64,000 bases of DNA from NCBI GenBank assembly GCA_965644295.1, contig CBFFRP010000360.1, forward strand, positions 108,595-172,594. The letters run 5' to 3'. Below the pieces are notes generated by a model that was not told the origin of the DNA, searched no databases, and saw nothing but the letters and a program-made list of their open reading frames with translations. This document shows, one piece after another, positions 11,672 to 25,284 of the stretch (position 1 is its first letter; each line of letters starts with the position of its first letter). The stretch comes from Paraphysomonas bandaiensis (Eukaryota > Protista > Chrysophyceae). A program made the position numbers and the translations under genes.

Positions 11672-12848
11672 TACTAGTGGGTATTAATGTATGTCATCTA
11701 GATGTTGTTTAACTATTTCACATATACTATAAACTATTGTGATATTATGCATTTATATTCTAAACATATAACTGCTTGTTGCAATTTACAATATTTTATA
11801 ATAATATTTTAATAATGATATCGTAGGAATGGCCTGATAATTCAACTGCTAGGGCAGTATTTTGAAAAGTAGCTCTACGTCTAAAAATAGATTATTTTAG
11901 GAAAATGGAATAGATATGGATGCGGATATAGTTAAATAGCTTGTTGTAGTTGACCTATTCTAGTTAGTGTGGGGAGTTTTGAAGAGTATTGAGTATTTAA
12001 CCATGCTGAGTAGTCCAGAAATATTAAAAAGTGGTTTACAACCCGTTCCTTTATGAGGAAAGTATATTGGTGTCCAATAATAATTAATAAACAATAATAT
12101 TTTCTAGACGTCGTGATACATAGCATAAGCTGATAGCAGATAGAGTATATAGTATAGTGGTGTGAATAATGTTTGTAGTAGTCGCCAGTAGTAGTGTATT
12201 GACGTTTGGTGGTTAAAGAAAAGTTCATTCGTCAGACGGGATAGATTTGTACTCTTTTTGAACTACCAAACCACTTTTACAAAAAAAGTAAATAATTGAA
12301 AGCAAATATAATTGATGCTGGCAAATAATTGCAATTATTATTGTTTTATACATCTCACAAATTAATTGTTGCACAAGTCTGCAAGCTAATAATATATTTT
12401 ATATTTTACATTGTAGTTCAGTATGGAATATATAATATATATGTATCATTTATTCCAAGCTATATATGTTACGAATCAGCGTATCTCCTAAAAATCTTAG
12501 TATTCTGGCTGTTTTAAAATTCCAGGTTAAGGACTTGCGCGGATTAGGATTCAACTACATTCTGAGACATGAATCTATTGTGCTATACATTAAACTATCT
12601 AATATAACGTTTTACAAGATAAATGGATCCCAAACAAATTTGACCATTCTTAGTTACTAGAGAAAGAAAGCCATAAGTAAGGGTTTGATGAAAGCACCTA
12701 TCAAATGGTTACTACAACCAGCAATCATAAGAGCATTTCAGCATCGTAGCAAGCAAATACCAACATACTAACGACCTGTGCTATGAAAACAGGCCAGCTA
12801 CCAAATCTTTACATGTCACATGCAACATTCACGTAGCAAGTAGTGACT

Positions 12849-13649
12849 CTATTTGACGTAGCTGATCTTACGGGTCTTAACAACAGACCAGCGGAATCTC
12901 TTGTAGAAGGCTGTCAATCCAATTGCGACCATGAGTCCGAACATCATCTTCATGCCCGCAAACTTGCGCTGATCATGCTCTGGCTCTGCGGTCCATGCAA
13001 GAAAGGAAGCGACGTCTTTAGCCATCTGGGCCTCGCTTGCAATAGTACCATCCTCATATTCCACCTGTCCATCCTCCAGCTGCTTTGCCATGGAAATCGC
13101 ACCACCAGTAAAGTATGGATTATAGTGCAATCCAGGAAGTAAGTTCTTACCAGCAGGAGGGTCGACATACCCAGTAAGAAGGGCATATATGTAGTTAACA
13201 CCGTCATGACGAGCCTTCACCATGAGAGAAAGATCAGGAGGTAGAGAACCATTGTTGGCAGCACGTCCCTCCTCCTCGTTGCGGTAAGGACCAGGAATAG
13301 TATCTGACAACTTACCAGGTCGCTCAAACATCTCCCCAGTCTCATCAGGTCCGTCAACAATATCATAGCTCTCAGCAATAGCTTTCATCTGTTTCTCCGT
13401 ATGTGTCACACCCACCAATTGACGAAATGATATTTTGTTAATGCTATGACAAGATGCACATATCTGACGGTACACTTGAAAGCCACGACGAATACTCATT
13501 GCATCATAGGAAGAAAGATTTCCTTCAAATGGAAATCCATAACTCCGTGCAGGTATGTGATCATCTGAACAGCTGCTCATACCATCCCATTTACCCATAG
13601 CTACACCCATGCCGCATACTGCAGCAGACACATATGCCCGATTTAGCAT
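12849..13649 (-). CDS. CYC1: Mitochondrial cytochrome c1 (complex III), intronless
   Basis: RRGFQVY, heme motif CASCH, PPDLSL, YNPYF and a C-terminal TM helix. Confidence 0.97.
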   Translation of the reverse strand: MLNRAYVSAAVCGMGVAMGKWDGMSSCSDDHIPARSYGFPFEGNLSSYDAMSIRRGFQVYRQICASCHSINKISFRQLVGVTHTEKQMKAIAESYDIVDGPDETGEMFERPGKLSDTIPGPYRNEEEGRAANNGSLPPDLSLMVKARHDGVNYIYALLTGYVDPPAGKNLLPGLHYNPYFTGGAISMAKQLEDGQVEYEDGTIASEAQMAKDVASFLAWTAEPEHDQRKFAGMKMMFGLMVAIGLTAFYKRFRWSVVKTRKISYVK

Positions 13650-14019
13650 GATTATGCAAATATTTATTGCCCCCTATAGAAATGCGTGTGTCGTATGGTT
13701 GTGATAATATGCCGTGGCTGACATGCAATGGATGGGATGTCTACCATATATATGTACGTACAGGGGGAGGTATGTGTATGTATGTGTATGGGGGGTGTTT
13801 TTGCAACACATAACTTTCCAAACCACTAGAGAAAAAAGATCCAAGAGACACTAAAAGAGAAAACTGAAAATAGTTTCCAGAGAGGAGATGGATATACGTA
13901 TATACAGTAATAGAGAAGGGGGTGTCCAAGATCTAAGAGACAGAAAACTGAAAATAGTTTGGAGCAAATAACGGCTTAGTTGGTATGTTTGAATACTATA
14001 AGAATATACGTACAGCTGC

Positions 14020-14081
14020 TGTATGTATGTATGTATGTATGTATGTATGTATGTATGTATGTATGTATGTATGTATGTATG
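14020..14081. repeat. (TATG)n array, about 15 units
   Basis: Lies between the divergent CYC1 and 14167 gene starts. Confidence 0.97.
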
Positions 14082-14166
14082 CATGTATATATGGACCTGT
14101 TCACTGATATGATCATTAGAACATTAACCATAAGCAAGAAGTGACTCTTAATTATATATCTGGTTA

Positions 14167-15136
14167 ATGGATTCTGAAACTGTAGTAGAATTTGAACCAT
14201 CTGCATATGGATTTGTAAGTGTATACATACATATGCTGCTCTATAACTCGACTATATCACAGCGCAGTATTCGAGCTAGAAGTCGACAAGAGAGACGAGC
14301 TCTGAAAGATAAAGTGGCACTAGAAAAGAATCGCATTAATCAGGTAGATATGAGTAATACTGTTAGTAGTGTGTGTATTATTCATAGTGGTCTGTGTAGC
14401 GTGTCGGACATGCCGCTAAAATGCAACGTGAAAATGCTCCAGAAACTTCTGCCGGCTTAACAACTTGTGTTGATGGCGGGGCTGGGTTTCTTACTGATTC
14501 GGATAGATTTCACTCAGATACGGCAGGCGAAGAGTACCAAAGGCGACAAGAGGTGTTAGCAAAGAAGCAAAGAGCCCTTGAATTTCGACGAAATCAGGCC
14601 AACATCAGAGAGGAAGAAAGATGGAAACGACTAGATGACAAGAAAAAACAAGAAGCGGTGTGTAGCTATACTTATAAGTATTCACTGTAATGCGTTCCTC
14701 TATTTCCAGGAATATTGGGAAAAGGTTCGAGAGGACGGCCGGAAGGCTCTAAAAAATAAGTCTAAAGCTGCCTATGATATAACAACACTTCAATACTATG
14801 GGAATGAAGATGGAGAGGCACAGAAATATGTGGACGATATGGGTATGTCGTGCTTGTTCTGTTGTTGTCATATTGATCTCTATGTGTGTGCGATATGAAT
14901 TGTACGTAATAACGCCTTTTCGTAGTGCGCTATAGAGCTGATATCAGGACGCACCAATTGGTTGTGAAGGGTGATTCCAGGTAATAATTCTGACATCAGT
15001 TATTCCACTACGTATTAACTGTGCTGCATATGTTTTTTTCTGTAGGGTGAATTATAATATTATCAGCGGTGGAGAGAAACATATTCCGTCTTTGCCCGAA
15101 AAACTACCTCAGCAGCCCCCAAACTTTCACAAGTAA
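14167..15136 (+). CDS. Multi-exon coiled-coil hypothetical protein, possibly axonemal
   Basis: Six exons join in frame across short GT-AG introns (MDSETVV...EEERWKR...YDITTLQY...VRYRA...YNIISGG...FHK*). The axonemal assignment is inference only. Confidence 0.75.
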
Positions 15137-15824
15137 GTTGAGAAGTGATGTTTGCATTTGGAAATGCTATATGCGTACTGTATGCTAACCATCACATTCC
15201 TTACCGCCTACTTGAATCATGTAGGAGTTCTGTGGACAAGCGACGCGGCATGTAATTTCGACGTCGCAGAATTACTCGGCGAGAACATGTATTATAGCTG
15301 TTGGACTGTGTTTGCTACACGATTGTTGTGTAATACATAGTATTAGATCCCACCAAGTTGATGTATTAGAAAAGATTTCTCATATCTTATTTCGTTAATA
15401 ATTATACTTTGTGTTTATTTTGTGTCCCCTTCGATCAATAAAGAAGAGAAAAAACAGCAACTATCGCTGCTAGAATGAAACACTTCTATTATATTTGTAA
15501 TCTAGGGTCTAGACATCTAGAATATACTCAATATTTAACCCACAGAGAGAACGGATCGGAATTATGTTAAACTGTATAAGATCTTTGTTACAAATGCAAC
15601 AATTTCGTATTGGCAAATTTTCCAACATTTCATTACATTTCTCACACGGCCCTTATTTCCATTCAGGCCGATATCTAGATATCTAGTAATTACTTAATTC
15701 AAAAGAGGAATAAAACCAGTCACATAAAAAAGGAAGACTACAGGGTCCTAATACAAGTAATAATGATACTACGAGCTTAATTCTTAATACAACTACAGAG
15801 CATTCTATTAGTCGTATCATTCCA

Positions 15825-16736
15825 TTATGTAATGGGGTAGCCAGTGATAGGGTCCAATCCAAGAAAACATAGAAATTCGGTATAATACACCGCCTACAGA
15901 ACTGTCAGATGATTCGTCCACCGAAATTGTAATAGTCACACAATCATACTACTAGTACGTCTGTCTTACCTTAGAGTTACCTAGTAGTGTCTGGAGGTAA
16001 GATTGCAGTCGGTGCTGCCGGCGATCCAAAAATTCCTCTGACATCTGGTTCACAAATGGATTGAACACCTTCCCGGGAAGTTCAGGAAGAGAAGAAAGTA
16101 AATGTCCATCCAGTTGGCCTCTGAGGGCGCGGTCCAGCATGTGGAACTCTGAGTACCGACGATTGACGGATACAGTGCTCCCATCAGGCATTTGAACACT
16201 AATCTGGTAATATATTGCGTACTTTTGTTCTTGCAATCGTGCTACACGTGACGGAATAGAAAGGGTTGTTGGAATAATTTCATTGAAAGCACTAGATGTT
16301 TGACAAGTGAACGGTATCTGCTCTCGATTGTTAATAAAAAATGAATACTTCATAGTCATTAAGTTCTTTTCTCCTGCCACGTGGGCATTGTTATTACCCA
16401 TTTTAAATGATACAGTGAACGGCTGAAGGGCTCCAGGCTCGTAACCAGATGCTTCGAATCTTCCATCCACGATTAGCACCCAGTTACCTATGAAGACGAT
16501 GACATGACCCACACAAAGAATACACGACTATACCTTCTAGAACACTGTGACGGAATACAACTTTATGATTACTTCCTCTTCTTCCCATTGATGAATCATC
16601 ACTATAATACTATTAACAGAGAGTTGTATATAAACACAGTCGTATACATTGTAACATGCCATGAAGAGCTCTTTGTAGTCGTCCCTACTGGCCAATGCTT
16701 CGGTTGAAATATATCACCAACTTCTCCTTGTTCCAT
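15825..16736 (-). CDS. PX (phox homology) domain protein, multi-exon
   Basis: VNRRYSEFHML, LPELPGK and FLDRRQHRLQSYLQ. First exon MEQGEVG at 16736; stop TAA at 15825-15827. Confidence 0.85.
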
Positions 16737-17167
16737 TTGTAGTGAAATTGTAATAGAATTATATGGATCACTCTCTTAATGACTCTATGCACCAGGTGTG
16801 TAGATATATGCATCTGCTGCATGGCATGTTATGACTATACACACACTATATCCATATGCGAGCATCCTCATACTAAATATGCGTACAGCTCTCAGAGTAT
16901 ATACAGGGATTTTTAAACTCTAATGCGAAAATACCTGGTTTTTAAGTTTCGCTCAAGAACTTCTTCTTTGAAAGCCCTTGTCTGGGCTGCACGCTGTACA
17001 CTGCTGGAGGCGGGTGCTAAAAACTGCAGTATAACACCAAAAAAACAGGGTTTTATGCCCCCTAGATATCATATAGAGAATATTCGTCAATGGGATATCC
17101 AGCAGTATCTATCGTAAAGATCCATACATATATCATGCATATACATCTATAGCCACAGCTGTTAGAA

Positions 17168-17511
17168 CTATCTTGTCAATAGCTCAGCTTTCTTGCAATT
17201 AAGCTCGCATTTTTTACTACAAGTGTATGATATATGCTTGCATATCTGCTCGGTATCAACAGGACTATCAAGCCTCGGCCATGGAACAGACCAGCGAACT
17301 ATCTTATGTCTGGCTTATAAGAGACACAGATATTCATAACGTGTACCTACAAGCACATGACTTGTAACTCTGTTTTCTATCTGAGACCAGTGTGCAGTCC
17401 TCCCTTTCAGCAAGTCCTCTATCCTGTGAGATATGATTGCAATATATGGAGAACTCACCCATACTTACGGATTACTTCGATGACGTCGAAATCATTAAGC
17501 AATAGAGACAT
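17168..17511 (-). CDS. Small 3-exon hypothetical protein (about 90 aa)
   Basis: MSLLLNDFDVIEVIRKYG|IEDLLKGR...HVLV|ARHKIVRWSVPWP...AELLTR* stays open when 35-nt and 33-nt GT-AG introns are removed. Confidence 0.45.
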
Positions 17512-17948
17512 GTGTACAACAAGGAAGCATTAGTCGATACCATTCCGATGTGTGTGTTATTACGGTAAAATTATATGGTGACCATACTAACAGGGGTATG
17601 TTTAAATAGTATCCGCAGTTAGGACTGTTATGTGTATACGTACAGGGCTGTCTACTTATCAATTATTACATTACATCGTTTTGGAATTCACTCTCTTAAT
17701 ACGCATTCCAGGTATCGTGTTAAGTGTTGTGTAAGGTGTATTTCATTGTTGGACTTCTAAATACTAGTATATAGTATATCACTCCTTCATTTCGGAATAT
17801 TGTACATCGCTTCGTAATAATGTTGAAAAAAGGCTTAACCCATTAAAAAATGTTAAACTCTCTGTATTTTTCTCGTTTTACAATCACGCTACTTACAATA
17901 ACTTAAGAAAATGTAAAATTATCAGGAATGGTATGTCCACAGCCGTGA

Positions 17949-18698
17949 CTACTGAATAGATATCTGAGCATAGCTCTTGTAGTAACCACTATTGTCTGTT
18001 TCGGACATTTTGAGAAGGTCAATAGTTGTAAGAGATGTTGGTATTGGCTCGAAACACTCAAGTCCATTGTAATCAATTGGGAGTATATGCAAGTTCTTTC
18101 CGTGCTTTCGATCTGCAGATGTCTTAGCTAGTGTGGCATGCGGATTCCAGGAACGTTTCTGTCCCGAGACAATATCAATTATACCTTTCATCTCAAACTT
18201 CTCGCGTATGCAGGCAGTTACGTTCTTGAGTGCATCCAGAGTGTCGTCCTGCATAGGTGAGGCAAATAAAACTCTCGAATTGAACCTTTGAAGCTTATCA
18301 AAATACAGAGTATGAGGGGGAGTTAGTTGACTCAGAATATTATGAACGCTGTCCTGGCATTCAAGAAAAGTAGATACAGCGGCATTAATGTCATTTTCAC
18401 AGTTTAGTTCCATTACGAAACACGTCAGATGCAACTTCATGGCTCGTGTGAGACACTTGCTCAGACGTGGAGAATTAGTTCTCAAATGATTCTGAATGAG
18501 CTCAATATGGTTACGAAATGCATCACCAGGCAGTCTTATTCCCACAAAGAAGTTAGGGATCCCCCTCTTGCTCTGCTGCGGCACTGCACTCTCATTGTAC
18601 TTACTTGATAACGGCTTGCCTGATTGCAAGAGAGATGACAACGACCGTTGCAGCCCTCGTTGATTAGAATGAATATATATGCTTCGTATACTCTGCAT
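17949..18698 (-). CDS. AKAP7-like 2H phosphoesterase
   Basis: PNFFVGIRL and two HxT motifs (KLHLT, NPHAT), ending GYY. The basic, Ser-rich N-terminus may be a targeting peptide. Confidence 0.85.
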   Translation of the reverse strand: MQSIRSIYIHSNQRGLQRSLSSLLQSGKPLSSKYNESAVPQQSKRGIPNFFVGIRLPGDAFRNHIELIQNHLRTNSPRLSKCLTRAMKLHLTCFVMELNCENDINAAVSTFLECQDSVHNILSQLTPPHTLYFDKLQRFNSRVLFASPMQDDTLDALKNVTACIREKFEMKGIIDIVSGQKRSWNPHATLAKTSADRKHGKNLHILPIDYNGLECFEPIPTSLTTIDLLKMSETDNSGYYKSYAQISIQ

Positions 18699-19265
18699 GC
18701 GCACTTATCTGGAAGTAAGATGTAGAGGCATTGCATATATAACACCCCCGCCCTCTGTATGTGGTAAAGTTAGTATCGTCCCATGTATCAGAGCGAGCTA
18801 TACGCTGATCATGACAATGGATTAAACTGCACTATAGATTTACATAAAAAATAGGTGGAAAACCATAAAAACCATGCTTTTTAGGTGCTATCAGGATGAC
18901 AAAAAAACACCTTTTCATTGAAAGTATATACACTGACACGGATAGTCCGCATATTGTACGGGTAGTTTATTGGCAGTTGAGTGCAGGCTGTGCTGTGCAC
19001 ACAGCAGTGTATGATATCACACCCTACTCACTGCAAATCTCTCCCATCACACGGTTCGACTGAAGAATACCATCCCAATGATGAAGGTTACAATAAACGA
19101 TGCATATAAAACCCTGTATAGTATCATTCTAACGGCATTGTTGAAAGTGATAAGCTGTTCGTAGGATCTGATCTCTCATTGAGCGGAATGAGCATATCAG
19201 TTACAGTTCTTAAAGATACATTGCTGCACAACACATCATGAGATATATCATAATATTCGCATACA

Positions 19266-20294
19266 ATGCAAGAAAAAGCAAAGCCATTGCATCCAGAGTC
19301 TCCTAGGACAGTAACCTGTCAAGGAATTGATGATATTGTTGAAACTTCATCATTGTGGCATTTGCGCGACGCCGCGAAAAGAATCTTTCCGCAAACCGAA
19401 AAATCATCCCTTTCTTGTTTCTGTGTCAATGCCGATGAAATAAATCTTTCTAAAGAGGAAAGCGATCTCCTTCATAGCTTTCTACTAAACCACGAGCTCT
19501 CGAAAGTTCTTCGACTCCGGCAGGAGAGTGACAGAAAAATTGCATTGCTAAGTATTTTACTCCAGAGAAAGATTATTCGAGATCAACTAGAATGTTGCAA
19601 CGCCGATTTTGAAATTCAGCGAACTGCGAAAAGCAAACCTTATGTAGTATCGACCATTCGTGAGGTTGGGGAGTGGAATTACAACGTTTCTCATCACGGG
19701 TCGTATGTGGGAATTGTTTCTCACGATAGTGATACAGTGGGAACAGATATCGTGCATGTGAAAGTGCGCAAAGGATGGAAGCTAAGTGCTCAAGAGTATG
19801 TTGATATATTTCATGCTCAATTTACTCCTCTGGAGTTACTTTCAATGAAGCAGAATCCATCTGATTCTGATATATACACCCATTTTTTTGTCAACTGGTC
19901 GTTAAAGGAAGCTTACGTCAAGGGAATCGGGGAAGGGCTGCAGATAGATCTTCAACGAATTCACTTTGATATTTTCTTTAACAATCAAAAGGGGATTAAC
20001 AAAGGCGGAACAGCATGTCTCAAGCTGGATGGTCGAGTTGCTAATGATTGGCGTTTCAGCTTTAGGTGGTTGGACGACACCCACGTCATGTCTGTTGCAC
20101 AAAAACCGAAAAATTCAACAGAATTACCCCCAACATTTCCCCCATCAAATTCAACAAGACCAAGAATAAATACGAACTGTGGAGATAAAAGTAAACTCGA
20201 TGATGAACTATTCACTTGTCCGAAGACACTAAAGGTGGAGGACTTGCTCTGCCCTTTCCAACATCAAAAGTGGGAAGCCTTGTTTCATAACTGA
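19266..20294 (+). CDS. Sfp/AASDHPPT-type 4'-phosphopantetheinyl transferase
   Basis: KPY, YNVSHHG, VGTDIV and WSLKEAYVKGIGEGL. Confidence 0.93.
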   Translation: MQEKAKPLHPESPRTVTCQGIDDIVETSSLWHLRDAAKRIFPQTEKSSLSCFCVNADEINLSKEESDLLHSFLLNHELSKVLRLRQESDRKIALLSILLQRKIIRDQLECCNADFEIQRTAKSKPYVVSTIREVGEWNYNVSHHGSYVGIVSHDSDTVGTDIVHVKVRKGWKLSAQEYVDIFHAQFTPLELLSMKQNPSDSDIYTHFFVNWSLKEAYVKGIGEGLQIDLQRIHFDIFFNNQKGINKGGTACLKLDGRVANDWRFSFRWLDDTHVMSVAQKPKNSTELPPTFPPSNSTRPRINTNCGDKSKLDDELFTCPKTLKVEDLLCPFQHQKWEALFHN

Positions 20295-21044
20295 TACAAG
20301 GATATGGCTATTTCGTAAAGATTGATTTAACAGAGGTGATGGTGGTTATAAGGATCATTGATTTGGATTTCGTTTGATATTTGAACTATATCTATAGGTA
20401 TATTATACTATTGCGTTGCTATGTAGTGTACTAGTACGTTCGAGGTAGTGTTCTAACATTGCCGCCAAATTTTCATGTCATTATTTCTAAAGTTAAATAT
20501 TTTAGCACGTTAGCATTGCACTATTGAATAATTCTATAACTATACCCTTACATTTACTAATGAATTTTCTACTACCATGTGGTATATCACTTATCTATAT
20601 TTGTTGATGTGTTTCTTTAGCTCAAACGATTGTACACATGAAATAATATGCCTACATGTTCATTTGATATTCCTCATATAAAATCAAATAATATTCTACG
20701 AATAATAAATCTTTGCTACACATTATAATTTAGTAGTAAAGAAATTTGTGTGGTTCTCTGTGTTGAATTTTGCTGTTTGTTTGCTGTTTGAAAGCAAATC
20801 AAAAGTTGTAGTTCTAAGATATTAGAATTTTTTCGTTACTTGAAAAATACAGTCGTAATTAACTGTATTATGAAAACTAATATTATGATAGTGATTATAG
20901 TAGTGAAGCTGAAATATATTGACCTTATAAGATCGTGACTACCTTTAAGACCTTATTAAAATGATTGGTAGTTGCGATAACATGAATTTGGCGAACAACA
21001 ATGAATATTACGTGATGTCGATCATAATTTATGATTTAGGCATA

Positions 21045-21185
21045 GACCTGAAGTCAGCAGATGTAAGGTCTATCAACATACTGCTTGATCACTGTTTTTG
21101 CCTTTGAGCGATAGAGCGAAAGTGGTTGCACCTTGGTGCTTGCGGTGACGAACAAGCAACTTTCGCTAAATACTAGTAGAATATG
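21045..21185 (+). repeat. Diverged family A variant
   Basis: CCTGAAGTCAG...GTGGTTGCACCTTGGTGCTTGCGGTGACG; inverted counterpart at about 40195-40330. Confidence 0.7.
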
Positions 21186-21416
21186 AGAATTAAGCACTAG
21201 TTAGTTATATTGTTTTACTACATTAATTCTGAAATGCTAAAAACAATTCATTGCATATTCCAAAGAGCCAATAGAGCTAAAATTCACGTGATATGTACTG
21301 GTCTTCAGTTTTAGATATACATTATTAAAACTGCAATTATCATATACCATTTTATTTGTTCAAAATTAAGTGAGATGTCCAGCACGTGTACACCCAATAC
21401 ACAATCATGTGAGTAC

Positions 21417-24400
21417 TTATGCATTGGACATTTCCATGGCACTGCGCTGAGATCGAGTGCTTCCTCGAGAATCCAATAATGGACTCGATTCGCCTGCGAT
21501 TGATCCACTTGGCGTCCTCGGAGCCTGGGTACGCCACCTATCAACATAATATTACTATATTTTCAGCCAAATTACACTGAATTTTACCTGACACATGTTC
21601 CTATAAGGATAGCAATCACTGCTCCCACAAGGAAGTAGAACCCTATCTTCATGTACCAGCGGGATACGGGGTCTAAAAACGAAGGGGGGCCCAGCTGGAA
21701 CGTAGTTTCATGAGTACCCTGCATTGCTATATCGATTCCGTCCGCCGTCAACCTAATAGCCGCATGCTTTCCATTTTCCTTATACAGTTCTTCATCATAG
21801 AGCTTCAACACATACTTCCCATGGGGAATGCAAACTCTGTGCACATACTGCTTATTACTGAGATATTACGAATTTGACGGAAAGCACCTGTCTGCCTGCT
21901 CATCTGATACTACAAGGGTTCCCGATGCAACAAGTTCCTGTGTGTGCGTCGAAATCAGCTCGTAGTACGCATCGCCGTACCTACGCATCACAAACATATA
22001 TCGATCATCACAACAAGAGAACTGTTTGGCTAATTATACAACACATACCACGAGTAGCCCTTGAAGTCGTCATCTGTGACGTTCGCAAACATGAGCACTT
22101 GCACCAAAGTAGAACCGGAGGGGCATTGATTACACACTTCTTCGGAAGTAATGTAGATATCATCTTGCAACCAAAATGTTGACAGAAACATATTACAATC
22201 TGGGGAAGCCACTCGAATATACTTTACGTTGGCTGTAGACGTCTGCGTAGCTGATGCAAGGTTGTTGATACGTGCAACATAGTGCTGACGAGGTTGTAGA
22301 CACACTGAAAACCTGTCAATACGGTTCGTTTTAGAGTCCTGTCTATCGTGATTAGAAATAAATGTCCTAATGTAAACTGTCTCCCCAATATTTCTATCTG
22401 TAGTTTGACCTTTCGATATCGTGAAAAATACATCGTGCCAGGAGTATCCAACCATCCAGTCCTCGAGTTGAAATCGGATAAGTTTCCCTTTCTGTGCCAC
22501 ACATGAGAGTGTATCATCGTCGTAGTTAATATCTTCAGCTGTAATGCTAACAGTAGACGTTTTCTCCTCCGCCACATATCCAGCTGAGGTGATAACCAGA
22601 CTGTATAGCTGCTCCTCTAGTACGTGTAGCTTCTTACATGTCACGTGTACTGTGTACTCGCCCTTGGGAGCTTTGTGGATAACTACTTTCTCCATTGCAT
22701 TGAACTCATCCCCACGCCTATTGTTTCCATAGAACACTTCGCCAGTGGGAGAGATAATCATGAGATCTAAGTCATTCAAAAGGTTCTTTGCTGCCCACCT
22801 ATACAACTTCAGTGATACAACACACAACAATAGCAGTTTTTACTCACACGACATTAGGAGGATCATTCCATGCCACCGATGCCTTGAGGTCAAAATCATT
22901 ATGTTCAACCACAACAGTATACGTTCTTCGTGTCATCTCAGATATGCCCTCATTGTCAGCAATATAGAGATCATGATCATAGAGGCCAGGAATTGGGAGT
23001 ACATTCTTAAGAATCACTTGACCCCATCCCTGGAAGCGATCTGGAGGCTCCGTCAGATTGCGGGTGGGTAATTGACTGAAGCTAGCTATTGAAAGCGTTT
23101 GCTTCATATCTGTAGCACTGTGTACAAGAATCGCTTTCACTAATGGTGCAGACACAATGTGCTTCACTTCACTGTGCTTGCGATCTACGTGAGGGCAAGA
23201 ACGGTATGTAGAATTACAGAATGATCCCCAATACTCTTCATCCTCCAGATACTGTCTAACCAACAACGCAGTGGAAGCAATTAGAGGAGTAGCCATAGAT
23301 GTGCCACTTGAGATCTGAACATTGCAGCTTTCCTTTCCGTCATTACTGACTCCTGTGCTCATCAGGTTCGTTCCAGGACCAATCACATCAGGTTTGATGA
23401 TGCCATTAAATGCTTGTCCAATACCAGAAAAATACACAATATCATTGTGATTTTCTGCTGATGCACCAACAGTCAGTGCGCTTTTGCTGACTCCGGGAGA
23501 ACCCACACTATCCATACCTAAAGCCCCATCATTCCCTGCGGCAACCACGAATAGAAAATCGGGGTTCTCAAACATGAATTCATCGACATCAAGGGCCTTG
23601 CTAGTGTATGATGTGATGCCACGACAACCCCAAGAGTCAGAATGTACCCGTGCGCCCGCGGCATACGCGGGAGGAAGGGCAATATGATAAAGTGACGGTA
23701 CGAACATTTTGTTATTGGACTGCACGTCAAACATAGTCAGCTTGGCGCCGGTGGAAAGGCCGTTGTACTCTGGAGCCCGTGGGTGTTTCTTCGGATTAAT
23801 GCATTTTCCTACAGAAGCCCCACTGCACCAGGTGCCTACAAAATACTGTTAATTGGCTACAAGCAATACCTGCTAAATGAGCACCATGATCGTATGTTTC
23901 ATCAGGTTCTCCGTCTGCCCAGGCGATGTACTGAATCACCTTTCGCCTGAAGTCCTCTGTGACAGGAGTTGATGCCATGTTACGAGTCGTTCGAGTAGTC
24001 TGCTCGTGGGAGTCATCGATCAAAAAACAGCTCAGATCATCCACACCTGAATACGTAGTGAATAACACAGGATTTACTCAGCAAAAAATTACGGCAGGTA
24101 GTTGCTCTCACCTGAGTCGATCATGCCGAGCACATACCCTTCTCCGTCCATACCGAGATCTGAGTAAGGGGTATCAGTATGGGTACCAGACTGCAACCAC
24201 GCATTCTGATCTGTTGCATTCTCCTTAGTTATATCCACATTAGTGCTGGAGGTTTCCATGAGAGCATAACCCTTGTAGGCCGAGACGTGTGAGACACCAT
24301 CATGTAGAGCAGCAACCGAGGCGACATAGCGCATGCAATGATGGGAAACACCGCCATGGGAAATAATATGCACATGCGACCTAGATCCCACAGACACCTC

Positions 24401-25072
24401 TAGCTTAGAAAAATCACAAGATTCGTCAACTGTGCGCAGATAACGATCGCGTCGGTGGTGCAGAATTTCAGAAGGGAGATTTCGCATTGAAGCGGGGCTA
24501 GTCCAGAAAAATCTTTCCCAATGAGCAACGAGATCTTCAGTATTCAAACGCAACCGCTTCGCATAGGATACTAAGTCTGTTCCTTTCTTAACATGATCTG
24601 ACATCAAACCCATGGAACGAACTCCCACACCCATTGCAACCTCCAACACGTAACTGGAGTCCTCATCAGTGAGAGTATCAATAGAATCATCCAACTTCAG
24701 AGCATGAGGTATGATAGTAAAGTCATAATCAGGATGATAGAGATCATCAAATAGTTCAGTGGGAGTGGTGTTTTTCTTCTCTAAACAGTAACAGACTCGC
24801 TGTTGTTGCCATCCACTGAATACCGGCTGCACAGTCATCTCATATCGCTCTATATGCCTCTCCAAACCACTAGAGATGTGATATGGGCTACATGCGAGGA
24901 TGTGTATGGTTCTTCTCGATGGATTGGAGTGTTCTGCTTGTATATAGTGTGATAGTAGTGAACTAGTGGCTGATTGAGGTCGAAAGGCCATTAATAGATC
25001 CCTGTGACTGGTATCCGCATACTCAGACATGCAGGGGACGGCTAGGAGTAGGAGGGATATGAGAGGGACCAT
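21417..25072 (-). CDS. Membrane-anchored subtilisin-like S8 protease (KP-43/TagC-like), multi-exon
   Basis: Signal peptide; triad motifs IDSG, DHG and SGTSMATP; HSDSWG, AAGNDG and NDLDL; C-terminal TM (IGFYFLVGAVIAILIGTCV); stop TAA at 21417-21419. Confidence 0.92.
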
Positions 25073-25284
25073 GGAAGGGGAGTTGGAAGGTGTGGTGTGT
25101 TGTGGAGTGAGTGTTTATAGATATGATGCGATGTGGTGCACTTGTGTATATATCATGAACGATCTTCATAGAGAACACCACACACATGTACACATACACA
25201 TACATACAGACGCAGACGCAGACAGGAGTACATCACATGTACACATACAGATACAATTACATACATCTGTATACTGTTACGATG

